A stretch of DNA of 64,000 bases from a virus (Duplodnaviria; Heunggongvirae; Uroviricota; Caudoviricetes): IMG/VR virus record IMGVR_UViG_3300015207_000448; one strand, written 5' to 3'. The stretch's first letter is position 1; each line of letters opens with the position of its first letter. The translations under genes were made by a program, and so were the position numbers. The notes under the pieces are model-generated. The model ran no database searches, was not told where the DNA came from, and saw nothing but the letters and a program-made list of their open reading frames with translations. Positions 19,149 to 30,600 of this stretch are shown piece by piece.

Positions 19149-21896
19149 CTAAAATTTGAATTTATTTACAGACCAGACTTCTGTGCGAACCTTATTGATA
19201 TAATAGACCTGAAAGGTAAATATTGCCATCTGTCCAGTAGATACATCATAATATTCATTCTCGGTGTTATCATCGAAAATTGATTGCCCAGACAATGTGT
19301 CAATTCTCAAAGCTCCAGCACCAAGTTGCTTAACTATAATTATCCGGCCTTCCACACCATCCGTAGGCAGATATAGTGTTCGAGTTACACCTGAATTGGT
19401 AATCCCGCAAACATAAGTATAGGAGCTGCCAATCTTAGAGCCATCAGCAGTGCTGTCGCTAACCATAAGCATATTAGCAATCAAGCCACATGCCTTCAAA
19501 TCAACAAAATAACCACCGTATGCTGGAGCTGTACCAGAATTGGAGGCCCGACCATAAATGCCAGCAATAGCGGTCATCTCTCGCCCTAATTCCCATTCTT
19601 CTTTATTCAATTTAGCAAAACCCAAACCAACGATTGCCGCACGATGCGTTAATCCGGTGCTAACCGATATTGCCTGAGTGCCAGCTAAGTTGGCAAAAAT
19701 TCCAGTTGGAGATATATATGCTGTTCCTGTTGAATAATCGGTGTACTTTGCCAAGCTTGCCTCGACCGTACCAGTTGAAGGAACCAAGCTGATCTTTGCT
19801 CCATAATCATCATAACCAGGAAGTACCTGGGAGCCACCAGTTGCAGTTTCGGAAGTTAAATATATCCCTTGTGAGTAATACTTACTGTTTTGAGTATCAT
19901 TAAACCATTTGGAAACTAACATTATGACGCTGTTGTCGCTCCTAATATGGTTTTCCGCAATAGTCCAACCACCGATTACGCCTTTTACAGAATTGACTTC
20001 ACCGGTAAAAACTGTATTACCATCTTTATCCCATGTGATATTACTGGACGCCAAATAGCCTGACCCATCTAAGTTCAATCCCCAATAAGTACCATTTTTA
20101 ATGGCTGCGGTTGATATAGTTCCAGATGTAATATTATTCGCACTAATTTTTGCATCTACTGTCAGATTGCCTTCTGTGTCCCAGTTGATTTTGCCACCCG
20201 CTAACGCCCCCGAACCGTCTGCGTTGAGTTTCCACGCATAGCCAGTGATTCCAGAAGTGGCTAACACCATACTTCCGGGGGTCAGAGTATAACCATCTGG
20301 GGAAAGATTTGAGTTACCGATATAGATTGACTGATGATCAAAGTACCAGTTCCCAATGGTGTGATAACCGTTTGTTTGTAGTGCAAATCCAAGATTTCCG
20401 TTCTTATCATACGCCCTCATTGCTGAATTTGCAGCGTCGGAATACATATAGATTCCACCATTTTTATTGATAGTTTGTTTCAGACTTGAGGCGTCTATAT
20501 CAGTTAAATCAGTAGGAGACACAAACACTCCACACCAAAACGAACTGGATATAAGAGCTGCGTGTTCGGCAGAGAAACGTCCGGCTCTCATCTTCCAGCC
20601 AAACATTTCAGCATCATTCTCATTGAATTGAACTTTACCTCCCACAAATTGAGCGGTTCCATCAGCATCCATATACCATTTAGCGCTTCGTATGCCATTT
20701 GGTGCAAGCGTAAGTTCTCCGTAATTGGTTGCAAAACTGCCCTGTGCAAGATATGGGGATTCGCTTCCCGTCCAAATTGCCTGATGGTTAAAATTCCATC
20801 CAGCAATAAAATTAGTGCTTCCTAACTGAAATATTCTTCCTGTAGTTGAGTACCCCACTAAACCAAAATCAGCTGATGAAGTGTAGTACATGACCACACC
20901 TCCTCCAATTGGTGTTTTTGAAACCGTTATTGTATTAGTGGTAGGGTGCATCTTTAGCAATCCGGCATAAACCCCAATCAAACCTTCAGAAGAGTCTAAA
21001 ATAATCCTGCCATTATTTAATTGAGTGGGGGCTATTCGCCATCCGCCGATATTGCCTGAGGCAGATTCAATATACCCTGCAAATTCTGCACTGCCATCGG
21101 GCATAAACTTTACATTACCGTTAGCAAATGTAGCATGACCATCAGCATATATTCCCCAATATTCAGTTGTTGAATTGAGGTTCTTTGCAAATATAGACCC
21201 CTCAGCAAGTATATTAACAACGCCATTGGAAGACTGAAGACCAGCTTCATTGAATGTCCATCCTCCAATGAATCCCCCATCTGCATTGATGTGAAATATG
21301 TCATTATCTTTTAGATAGCCATAAATGCCTGCGCTGGTTTCCTGGGAAGACAGTATATCCGGGCCAATATAAACCCCAGTTAACGCTCCTTCTTTCCAGA
21401 TTGGAGGCGTTACAGACGAATCTACGATGTCTTCTTTTTTGCCGACAAACATCTTCGGAGTCATAATATATGTTCCTCCGACTTTTGTCTTACTTCCCTC
21501 CCAGTCCTTAATCCAATCAAGCATGGTTGATTCCCGAACTATTGTAAACGCGAACTGCACAGTAGTCTGATAATCAAAACCGTCATCAGTCTTGATGTCA
21601 AAACCAACTGTGCCATTTAACACGTTGCTGGGAAGAGATGTAACCTCAAAGGCAACGATTGAACTTGTTTGATTGGCAAATGCCACAGATCCACCTGTTG
21701 AAATATGCGGAGCTACGACATGAAAAGGCACATCTCTTGTGCCTCGTTTGATAGTGATGGTTCCTTTGGCATTATCAAGTTGAGGATTAGAGCCATCAAA
21801 ATCTGCTTTTATGGTACACGAAGCAGGGGTGATCGATACTGTATAAGCATCGTTCACCGGACTAAGAGTTATTTCGCCTTTTGCTATTGTACCCAT
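19149..21896 (-). CDS. Long tail fibre-like protein (915 aa) with repeated IGGW-type modules
   Basis: Repeats FIGGW, NIGGW, FIAGW, MFGW, TIGNW, VIGGW, each near G-x-A/G-x-L/F units. Confidence 0.6.
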   Translation of the reverse strand: MGTIAKGEITLSPVNDAYTVSITPASCTIKADFDGSNPQLDNAKGTITIKRGTRDVPFHVVAPHISTGGSVAFANQTSSIVAFEVTSLPSNVLNGTVGFDIKTDDGFDYQTTVQFAFTIVRESTMLDWIKDWEGSKTKVGGTYIMTPKMFVGKKEDIVDSSVTPPIWKEGALTGVYIGPDILSSQETSAGIYGYLKDNDIFHINADGGFIGGWTFNEAGLQSSNGVVNILAEGSIFAKNLNSTTEYWGIYADGHATFANGNVKFMPDGSAEFAGYIESASGNIGGWRIAPTQLNNGRIILDSSEGLIGVYAGLLKMHPTTNTITVSKTPIGGGVVMYYTSSADFGLVGYSTTGRIFQLGSTNFIAGWNFNHQAIWTGSESPYLAQGSFATNYGELTLAPNGIRSAKWYMDADGTAQFVGGKVQFNENDAEMFGWKMRAGRFSAEHAALISSSFWCGVFVSPTDLTDIDASSLKQTINKNGGIYMYSDAANSAMRAYDKNGNLGFALQTNGYHTIGNWYFDHQSIYIGNSNLSPDGYTLTPGSMVLATSGITGYAWKLNADGSGALAGGKINWDTEGNLTVDAKISANNITSGTISTAAIKNGTYWGLNLDGSGYLASSNITWDKDGNTVFTGEVNSVKGVIGGWTIAENHIRSDNSVIMLVSKWFNDTQNSKYYSQGIYLTSETATGGSQVLPGYDDYGAKISLVPSTGTVEASLAKYTDYSTGTAYISPTGIFANLAGTQAISVSTGLTHRAAIVGLGFAKLNKEEWELGREMTAIAGIYGRASNSGTAPAYGGYFVDLKACGLIANMLMVSDSTADGSKIGSSYTYVCGITNSGVTRTLYLPTDGVEGRIIIVKQLGAGALRIDTLSGQSIFDDNTENEYYDVSTGQMAIFTFQVYYINKVRTEVWSVNKFKF

Positions 21897-21916
21897 TGTC
21901 TTTTCGGTCTTTATAG

Positions 21917-21923
21917 AGAATAG
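21917..21923 (-). promoter_or_regulatory. CTATTCT candidate late promoter (fibre/baseplate operon)
   Basis: 20 nt before ATG 21896; one of five intergenic copies. Confidence 0.55.
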
Positions 21924-21927
21924 TCAA

Positions 21928-21946
21928 AACCCCTTTAATTGGGGTT
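21928..21946 (-). terminator. Short hairpin after 21958..22608
   Basis: aacccc-tttaatt-ggggtt. Confidence 0.35.
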
Positions 21947-21957
21947 GTGAAACCGAC

Positions 21958-22608
21958 TTATTCTGATATTTTGAACCGAAGCATTTCTGGATAATCGGCT
22001 TCCTTGTTGAAATCTCGGAGTTCCTGAATTGACTGTGAGTCTTCAACGTAAGAGAGATGGGCCGCTGTCACTCCATAGCAATCAAGAGCATAGAGTTCCA
22101 ACGCTTGAAGTAACCCTAATGCTAAATCAACTGGAAGCTGTATGGTGCGACCCTCTACCCATAAGGTTGATATGGCACGACCGGCTCCTTTCTCCATGTT
22201 AAGAGAGTTTACTAAACCTACTCTGGTTGCCTTATCAATCCAAAATGGTATCTGATCTAAAAAGAACTGGTTGACTTTGTTACTTGAATCATATCCTTGA
22301 ATCTGCACTTTAAGCAGTGCTTTCCAGCTTTCTAACTCATCAAGTTCATTGAAATATTTAAGGATTTCGTATATCTCCTCATTTGTCGCTAAGGCAAGAT
22401 GCTGTGGGTCCACCGCATCAACAAATGCTGCGACGGAGAAATCATTGAGAACAAGACGGTCAGTCACACTCTGAAAGGTTTCAGGCTGATTCTCAGTCGG
22501 CTCAATCTCTAATACGCTGAGATTCAACCAAACAATCCATCGACCCTTTTTATAGCCTCCATTGTTAATGGTGGCGGGCTTACCATTAAATTTACATATC
22601 TGTTTCAT
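21958..22608 (-). CDS. DUF4376-like tail-associated protein
   Basis: YDSSNKVN...WIDKATRVGL...LELYALDCYGVTAAH...YPEML pattern recalled from Bacteroides phage proteins. Confidence 0.55.
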   Translation of the reverse strand: MKQICKFNGKPATINNGGYKKGRWIVWLNLSVLEIEPTENQPETFQSVTDRLVLNDFSVAAFVDAVDPQHLALATNEEIYEILKYFNELDELESWKALLKVQIQGYDSSNKVNQFFLDQIPFWIDKATRVGLVNSLNMEKGAGRAISTLWVEGRTIQLPVDLALGLLQALELYALDCYGVTAAHLSYVEDSQSIQELRDFNKEADYPEMLRFKISE

Positions 22609-22620
22609 AACGGAATCCTT

Positions 22621-24102
22621 CTACTTAATAATAGTCCTGTATCTTTTCTTTAGAGTCACTTTTGTGAGATTTCGTGTGATAGAAAAGTAGCGCCGAAACT
22701 CTTTAGAATACACCAATGGTTGCATAATTCGACACCGTAGATTATAAGTCTGGCGATTCTTGCAAAATCCAAGATAAGAGTTCAGTGTAGCCAGTATATG
22801 TTCCAGGTCTGCTGACGTAATCTGATTGGCTGGAGTTTGCATATAGTTGGCAATTTGAGTAACCTTATCAAAGAACCGTCCGGCTGTGCGATTGCTGAGA
22901 TATATTCGACCATTCTTTAAGTATGAGCCTACGAACATTGTATCGTGACTGGTTGGCTGGATGTATCGCTTATCCTTGTGCATGGTTACTTCCATTGCTT
23001 TGATTTTAATCTCGGCAGCTTTAATCAACCATCTCAAAGCCTTCTTATCACTACATATTAAAATGAAATCATCCACAAACCTATGGTATGCACACCTAAC
23101 CCCTTTGGCTCGTAACTCTTTGATGCGGTCCATCATATACGCATCAAAATCTGCCATATAAAAGTTGGCAAATAACTGAGTGGTCAGATTGCCAATCGGA
23201 GCCCCACGGCCTTTGCCGGTACGAAACAGCGATTTGTTATGAGCCAGTCCTGCCCAATCTTTCGGATCAGAGTTAAAAACACAGTTGAGCTCCGGTCGGT
23301 GCATAACCACCACATCGATCAACCAAAGTAAAAGATTCTTAAAGTCTCCGTGATACTGGGATTGAGCAAATTCGATAAGTTGGTCACGCATACGTCGTTG
23401 AGGCAAAGACATAAAGAAACCAACCAAATCTCCACGAAATAAGTACGCATCAACGCCATAATTAAATGTTACATCCTTAATAGCTTGATACACTCCCTCG
23501 ACAGCTGATTTGGTTCCAAATCCAACACGGCAATTGTGAGTGACATTACCAATCTCTTCGTTTAATGCTTCAAAATGAGGGACCAAACGCATACAAATCC
23601 AATGATGGATAATGCGATCCCTGAAAGCAGCAGCAAATACTTCACGAAGTTTTGGAAACCTTACAAGGAAACATGTTGAAGTTGAAGGTTGATAAGTCCC
23701 TTCAATCAACTCTGTGGTAAGTAAATCCAAATCCTCGTTAGCGATGGGCATGTAATCCTGGCATTGCTGACTGGATGTCTTTCCACGACAACAGTCTTCG
23801 TATGCCACCTGAAGACTTGCTCTTAATCGAAGCCAAGCCTTTGTCGGATGAGCAACAGCAGGGCGAACCACGTTAGTGTTGTACTTGTTGTTGTTGTTGC
23901 TATTACCACTGCCAAAGTTGACGTTCCACGAGTTGTTAGCCGAGTTCTCAGTGGACGACCAATGGTTGCCTGTGCTGTTATCTTGAGGCTGTGCAGCTTC
24001 GTAACTCCGAACATAGTTCAAACCATGAAACGGAGTCAGCCTCCCATATCCGAGCAAAGCTCTAAGTTCTCTCCTGATGTTACAGTTATTAGGCTTCTTC
24101 AT
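22621..24102 (-). CDS. DGR reverse transcriptase
   Basis: PKLREVFAAAFRDRIIHH, GDLVGFF, GAPIGNLTTQLFANFY, RFVDDF; adjacent TR, avd and VR. Confidence 0.95.
   Translation of the reverse strand: MKKPNNCNIRRELRALLGYGRLTPFHGLNYVRSYEAAQPQDNSTGNHWSSTENSANNSWNVNFGSGNSNNNNKYNTNVVRPAVAHPTKAWLRLRASLQVAYEDCCRGKTSSQQCQDYMPIANEDLDLLTTELIEGTYQPSTSTCFLVRFPKLREVFAAAFRDRIIHHWICMRLVPHFEALNEEIGNVTHNCRVGFGTKSAVEGVYQAIKDVTFNYGVDAYLFRGDLVGFFMSLPQRRMRDQLIEFAQSQYHGDFKNLLLWLIDVVVMHRPELNCVFNSDPKDWAGLAHNKSLFRTGKGRGAPIGNLTTQLFANFYMADFDAYMMDRIKELRAKGVRCAYHRFVDDFILICSDKKALRWLIKAAEIKIKAMEVTMHKDKRYIQPTSHDTMFVGSYLKNGRIYLSNRTAGRFFDKVTQIANYMQTPANQITSADLEHILATLNSYLGFCKNRQTYNLRCRIMQPLVYSKEFRRYFSITRNLTKVTLKKRYRTIIK
23852..23979 (-). 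repeat. DGR template repeat (TR, 128 bp)
   Basis: 14 AAY codons; identical to 24683..24813 except at TR adenines and one 3-nt indel; ends ...CGCCCTGCTGTTGC then diverges (TCATCC versus CTATCA). Confidence 0.95.
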
Positions 24103-24604
24103 CAGGACCCTGACTTTGTTGTAATGAGCTGCGCCATGCTACGAGTTGACGCATCACGGCGTCCATAGACGCCATCAGCTGCTTGTGCTTCGCATCGCTA
24201 ACGAGGTTGGAAATACAATTAAGCGTAATCTTTACCACGCTCATTAAAGAATTAGCTTCTTCAAGCGCATTTTGTTTAAGAAATGGATCAGGATGGTTAT
24301 AGGCTGCTGCCGCCCATCGAATCAGTTCAGCAAAATTCCCCAATAGAATATCAGAGACTTTCACTGTCTTCTTTGGCATTAACTGTACGATTTCAATGAG
24401 CAATCGCATTGCACTATGTAAAGACCTGTATATCGGGGTGTTTTGGAAACCCGGTGCTTTCTTTTGCGCAGCTCTTTTCTTTCTACGAGCGCGATTTATT
24501 TCATCATTTGATAAGATCACTTCCTGCCCAGGCTCAGTAGGAATACCGCTTTCAAAGACAGCTTTCATCTCATCATAAGACATTTTACTTGCTTTCTGCT
24601 CCAT
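24089..24604 (-). CDS. avd: DGR accessory variability determinant (Avd-like four-helix bundle)
   Basis: 171 aa, helical and basic, NTPIYR...QLVAWRSS; canonical position between VR and TR. Confidence 0.8.
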   Translation of the reverse strand: MEQKASKMSYDEMKAVFESGIPTEPGQEVILSNDEINRARRKKRAAQKKAPGFQNTPIYRSLHSAMRLLIEIVQLMPKKTVKVSDILLGNFAELIRWAAAAYNHPDPFLKQNALEEANSLMSVVKITLNCISNLVSDAKHKQLMASMDAVMRQLVAWRSSLQQSQGPDEEA

Positions 24605-24631
24605 AAAATTTAACTTAGTTTAACAGTTATA

Positions 24632-24656
24632 GGCGAGCTGCCAGAGGCAGCTCGCC
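24632..24656. promoter_or_regulatory. DGR target-recognition hairpin/cruciform downstream of VR
   Basis: Perfect 11-bp stem ggcgagctgcc-aga-ggcagctcgcc, 7 nt after the target stop codon. Confidence 0.8.
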
Positions 24657-24663
24657 AGGAAGA

Positions 24664-27600
24664 TTAAAGAAAAAATTGATAGGCAACAGCAGGGCGAACC
24701 ACGAGAGTGTAGCACTTGCCGTAGTAGTCGCCGCTACCACCACTGCCAAAGTTGACGTTCCACGAGCCGCCAGCCGAGTACTCAGTGGACGACCAATGGC
24801 CGCCTGCGCTGTGCTGGGTGAAGGGTGCAGAGCCATTTGCAACCTGAGCACGCCACAGAATCATTGAATAGATGGGTTTCTCAGCCTCCACTAATGAGTG
24901 GAAATAGCGATTGATTGCGGCCAATTCAACTCCAGTGTAGTTGCTAAACTCCACATGACTGGGTGATACATTTGTCTTAATTTCATTTGGTTCTGATGAG
25001 TTCAAGGCTTCAGTGATCATGTTGTCAATGACAGTACGCGCCGGAACCGTGTTTTGTCCTACCTGATATGTGTCGCCCATACCTCCAGTTCTGGACTTTG
25101 CAAAGAAGCTATATTGACGATATTCTTCACCACAAGCGGGCAGGTACCAGTTACCCTTAGCATACTGAGGATCGAGGGCTTCGCCTTCGTTCACCTTGGG
25201 CTCATAGAGATAACAACCATACGCAGCCGGATATAAGAACTGTTGGTATTTGGTCAGGTTATTGTTTGCCTTATGGAGCACTTCCATTGCATTAGCTAAC
25301 TCTTCAACTGTTGTGGGAATCTCAGCAAATTGATGCTCTACGCCATCTTCATCAGTATAGTATGTGCCAACCGACTCATTAGCATCAGACAACAGATACG
25401 CATTGATAATCTGATTTGCATGACGAATAATGGCTTGAGTTTTTTGCTTACCCTGCCAATCAGTAACAGTACCTGATGCAGTACTCCAATCTTTGAACCC
25501 ATCATCAGAGTTCTCGTCAAGATAATTGCCAGTTGTCAAGTAGTCATTATTTGTACCACCAGACCATCCGCGAGCAGTTATGTTGCTGATACCAGGCAGG
25601 TCAAAAATGCTTGAAATACCGGTTGCGGCCATAATTTCATTTTGGATGGCTGTATGTCCATTGTTATCGTTTGATGGATAAAGACCAAATACTACGCTAC
25701 CTGTATTGATGAAACCATCACTACTATGATAAGGTACGTTTTCTTTGCAATCAACAAGCAGCTGATAACCAACAAGTTTCCTGGTTGTCTTAAAAGCTTC
25801 TGTCGGCTTATTGTAGCCAGTAAAAATTGTGGGCTCCGCTTCATTGTCGCCCTGCCACATTTCGTTGATTTTGAAGACAATACCTACGATGCTCTTGTCT
25901 TTCATATACTGGTCATCAAATGTGCCATCAGCGTATGCGAAGTCACCGATTTTGGGTATGCGACGATAAAAACCAACCTGATAGTCGGCTGTCATTTCTG
26001 CACCACTGGTCTTGACAATGCTACACTGAACGATATATCGCATATCAGTTCCACTCTCATCAAGTTTATTGACTTTCAGCACACCATTGATTGAATCGGT
26101 GAAAGCACCATAGGCTTTAGCGCTATCATCAATACTCCAATTGACATCGGGCTGTCCGTCTTTCAACGCAAAGTCATTACCTGTTGATGGCGAGCAGACG
26201 AGTTTATACTGGAACAAACCAGTTTCTGTGATATACGAGGGGCCCTGAATAGAGATACTGTTTATGGCACGACGAGAGTATGAAATAAACAAGGGATTTT
26301 CGGTATTATCAATATCGCCATAAGTACCAGCGAGAGCAAGTTTGTTGTCAAACGTAAGATTACCTGTCAACGATACAACTCCAGTAATTGAAGCATTAAG
26401 CCGCTGGAGCCACATCATTACATCAACAGCAAATGCAGTCCACGAGACATTCTCAATCTCTACCTTATTCACGTTCATTGCTTGAGAATAAGCAAGTTGA
26501 ACGAGCGATTGTGTCTGGGAGGCAATCTTATGTTTTCCAAGAACACTCAGAGTACGAAGGTTTTCAAGTCCTTCGACCATCAAGCTCTTGAGGTTAGGTT
26601 GACCATCAACCTTAATCTCATTGACAGATGCAGGAAGTTCGACATCTGTCAATGTGGAGGTCTTAGGAAGTGTAACACTGGTATATCCCGAACCTCTCAG
26701 CAATAGAGAACGCAAACGAGGGTAATCCCCAGAGAAAGTACCGGCAAAAGCAGACGCATTTGTCAGATCGATTTCTTCCAGGTTGCGGCAGTTGGAAATA
26801 GCCAGTCCTCTTGGGTGGAACTCAATAGCCGTACCATCCGGAGCCCAGCACTCAAGTTTACGAAGACGCTTGCCGGTGATATTAACGCTACCATCATCTC
26901 CGCAAGGAAGATTTCCAATATTACCAATGCTTTTAGCATAGTGCATCCAACGCATTGTAAACTGCGTGTTGGAGTCAGTATCGCACACCATACGCACAGT
27001 TTCTCCAGGAGCACACAAATATGGTTCACTACCATCTTGTGCTATCCACTCACCATTCTGCTTGGCGTAGATAGTAGCCATCTTGCCACCAATCGCCAAC
27101 TTGGGATAAATATACTGATATGCAGTATATTCAATGTCATAGACTGGTGAAAGACCTGCGTTGTTGTTGATTGAGCGGAAGCTTAGAGTGCCATCTCCTC
27201 CGGTTTCATATTCGCACCACGACATCAGCATAGGGAGTCGGCGATTCATAAACTGCTTCTCACATTCCAGCTGATCTCCGATAGCCTGTGTAATGGGGTC
27301 CTGACTTACATCAATCAGACCGTTCATCAGTTTCACCTGAGCAACCTCATATAGTACGCGGCTTGTCTCATTATACGCTACTGCCGGAAAGTATTCCTGT
27401 ACCCAATAGTAACGCTGCTGATAGTATTCTTCAACACTACCACAAATGAGTGCCATACGCGAAAATATGTCACGCATCATGTTGCGAATCAAGTCAGGAT
27501 AAGCACGCTCTATAAGAGTGTAGAAGATGTTGTTCTCTCCATTCCAATAGTTGCTTCCATTCGCGTCCTTGGTATGCTCCAGCGCATAATACGGTTTGGT

Positions 27601-30600
27601 TTGTCGGCCCTGGTTGTCTGTAGCTTTAATGGTGTCCAGGTCATCCTGTTTCAAGCGCACCAACTTATCCACAGCTGGATTGATCCAGTAATATGTATTT
27701 TTAGTACGGTTGTCGGTAGCAGCCTCTAATTTACAGAAAGCCTGATGGAAGATTACATCCGTTTTATCGATGTAAGCATCCGCGTGAGCCTTAAAATATG
27801 CCACACGCGCCTTTGAGAAGCAATCATTCAGTACATTCATATCAGATGTGCCGAGAGTGTTCATTGCTTCTTCCAAGGTTACGGATTTCTTGCCATCTAC
27901 CGTGTCTATAGTGATGATTGTGCTCGCAAGTTGTTCAGTCAATTTCGGACTGCCATAAGCATAGGCACGATTGTCAGCGCCCCACGCAGTAGGAACCTTA
28001 ATGATTTTCTCAAACTTGGCCGTAGCCGGGTTGTAATAATAGATATTGTATCGATCAGAACCGGAATTGAAAAGCCAATACTGATGATCGCGCACCAGAT
28101 TCGCACTGTCAGCAATCAACTGAGCCTCTGTACCTGCATACGGTTTAAGCAGTGGCGAGCAAGCAAAGATAAAGTTCGCGAACTCAGCAAAATGCGTGAA
28201 GAGTGTGTTCTCTGTACCATCTTTAGCTTCATCCTCAATGCGCTGAACGCCTTTATCGGTTTCGCCACCATCATACTTACTGCCTATCTCAACCTCAAAC
28301 GAGAGTGTGTCGCTGGTGCCTGCTTTATAGCAATAACCATTCTTTATGTCGCCAGTATTGATGGTGACACTTTTGGGATAGATGTTGCCTTCCCATGCAC
28401 CTTGCGCATTTTTATTGACAACCCAAGGCATCTGGAAAAGTGCAGCGATTGCACCATTGTCGGCTCCGGAAACGCACATGTAATCCGGGTGTTTCTTTTT
28501 ATCATAGCCAAAGGTCTGTTTGTCACCCTTGCCGCTCCCCCATGTCTGAAAGCCACAGAAAATGGGGTTGCCATTACCAATCTGGTAAAAGCAAAGGAAT
28601 GGCTTTTCATAACACGTTGCATGTCCCTCAAGAACAGGGCGGTCATTCGCGCCATTATTTACCAGTGCTTGCCACAATTCGTCATAGGCCCATATAGCGC
28701 CCAATTTATGGCTTTGCATTGGAGAGGCATAATTACACTTACCCACAAGTTTTGTAATGCCTCCACGTCCGTCTTCAAGTTCGTATTTGCTGGCATATAC
28801 CTGACTTACTCCATCGAGAGAATTGAAGTAAGAAATTTTCTTAAAGTATTTGCCACCATCTACATAATGTGTGGGGTCAGAAGAATTGTATTCTTCGGCA
28901 GTGATTTCCACATCGTCCTCGAAGCCGTCGGTAATATTCCACCAATAATAGCCTTTCGCACTGGTTCCTTGTCCTTTATCGGTCATACCAGTAAAGGTTC
29001 CGGAATGTTTCATATCCAGACTGTCAGCATTGCCACGCTCCTTGTAGATACGAACATCAACTGTTACATTTTTCTGCTTACTCTGGTTTTCCCTACTGGG
29101 ATAATGACCGCCTTCAGGAATTTTACGCAGAATGGTATTCAGACCCATTGCATTGCAAAGGTCATAGCCAATTTCCGTACCATTGAAAATAGAATTGAAT
29201 CGCTTAAACGCTTTCTTATCCTCAATAGTCGGCATACCGGCCATATAATCATTCTGAATCTGTGTCGAGCCTAATTGCTGATTTTTGTATATACGCACGC
29301 CATATATGTCAATATCAGCCTCATCAGAACCAATTACAATCTCCTGGGCGCCCTTTGCTCCAATAGGAGTAAAGTAATCATCATCGCTGTAAATAAACTC
29401 TCGATTTGCTTTGCCATTTACATATATGCGCACAAGATTCATTCCTTCACCACGAAGGTTGCGGATGATATTGATAGCAATATGCTCACGCATTTCTTCT
29501 TGAAAGTGCGCGTCACAAATATCTTCAGTGAAGTTGTTACGACTAAGGCATACAGCTCTTGTGGGGTAAAATTTCAACCCGGTATAGACTCCGTTAAAAG
29601 GAGCTGAAGCATCAACAACGGTAGATTCTCCAACAATATTCTTAACCTTTAGGTCAAGCTCAACTGTAAGCGAACCCTCTGTGCCACCTTCGTTGTGTCC
29701 AGTGTTGTCTGTGAACAGTTCTTCCGGAAGAGAAAGCCTGTTTCCAGCACCAATACTCAACACTGGGACACTTACCTCTCGACCTGTAGAATCCGTTTCT
29801 TGATTATATTTCCAACCTGTATTAGTATCATCCGGGCTTGACAACAAGTTTTCCAGCTGATACTGAGTTTCATTGATGACAATTGTTTGTTTCTCTGGAG
29901 AAATCACAATATTTGCTCCACGAGTCGGCGCAAAATTTTCAGAGTTGTCAACAACGAAATTGATATTGTTGCCATAGGTTACACCTGACAGGTTTGTGAA
30001 TGTTGCTTGAGCATTGATGGTGCTTGGCTGCTCATCACCGTTATACTCCATTGAGAAGTTCTCATCAAAGGCATAGCTCTCTCCATTGACGCAGATCTGC
30101 TCTTTCTGAATATATATCTGACCGGTATCTCGATCCTGAAGGGTCAATCGCAGGGGAGTTTCATTCCCAACCGGATTGTAAATTGCATACCTAAAGATAG
30201 TTGCACGAGTCCAGTTCTGAAACTCTTCAACTATATCTGTCACAGCAAGAATGGGGGATGAATTTGTGTCTCCCTCAGGTATGTATATAAACTGGAACTC
30301 CAGATGTTCGGTTTCTGCGGAATAGCCTTCACCAAAAGCAATCCAAGCCTCAGCTTTTATTGCTCCACGAAGCAAGTCAAACTCAGCTTGTGTAAGTGAG
30401 GCTCCGTAAGTATTGTCCGTATATGTAGTTGTTCCAAGAGTGAAATTCTTGGTATAGCCATTGATTTTTATACGAAGCTGTTTCTGCACACTGCCGGAGA
30501 TACGAAAGGGGAGCTGAATTGTATTTCCTTTATATGCGGTTGCAATCGACCCCTCATAGTTAGCGGCAACATTTGAATATACAATAGACATCGTAACCGG

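Noticed and set aside
13978-21896. Second DGR target among the fibre genes
   Set aside because: Their C-termini show no TR similarity; I found no other TR-like copy by eye in this window
22621-24102. RT as a group II intron, retron or Abi RT
   Set aside because: Adenine-specific TR/VR pair, avd and hairpin define a DGR; no maturase/endonuclease domains or msr-msd
24627-24867. Short ORFs overlapping VR, and their counterparts over TR (23823-24168)
   Set aside because: Alternative-frame reads of the TR/VR repeats
27931-29274. 447-aa plus-strand ORF
   Set aside because: Entirely antisense to the DGR target; no motifs or promoter; a shadow ORF
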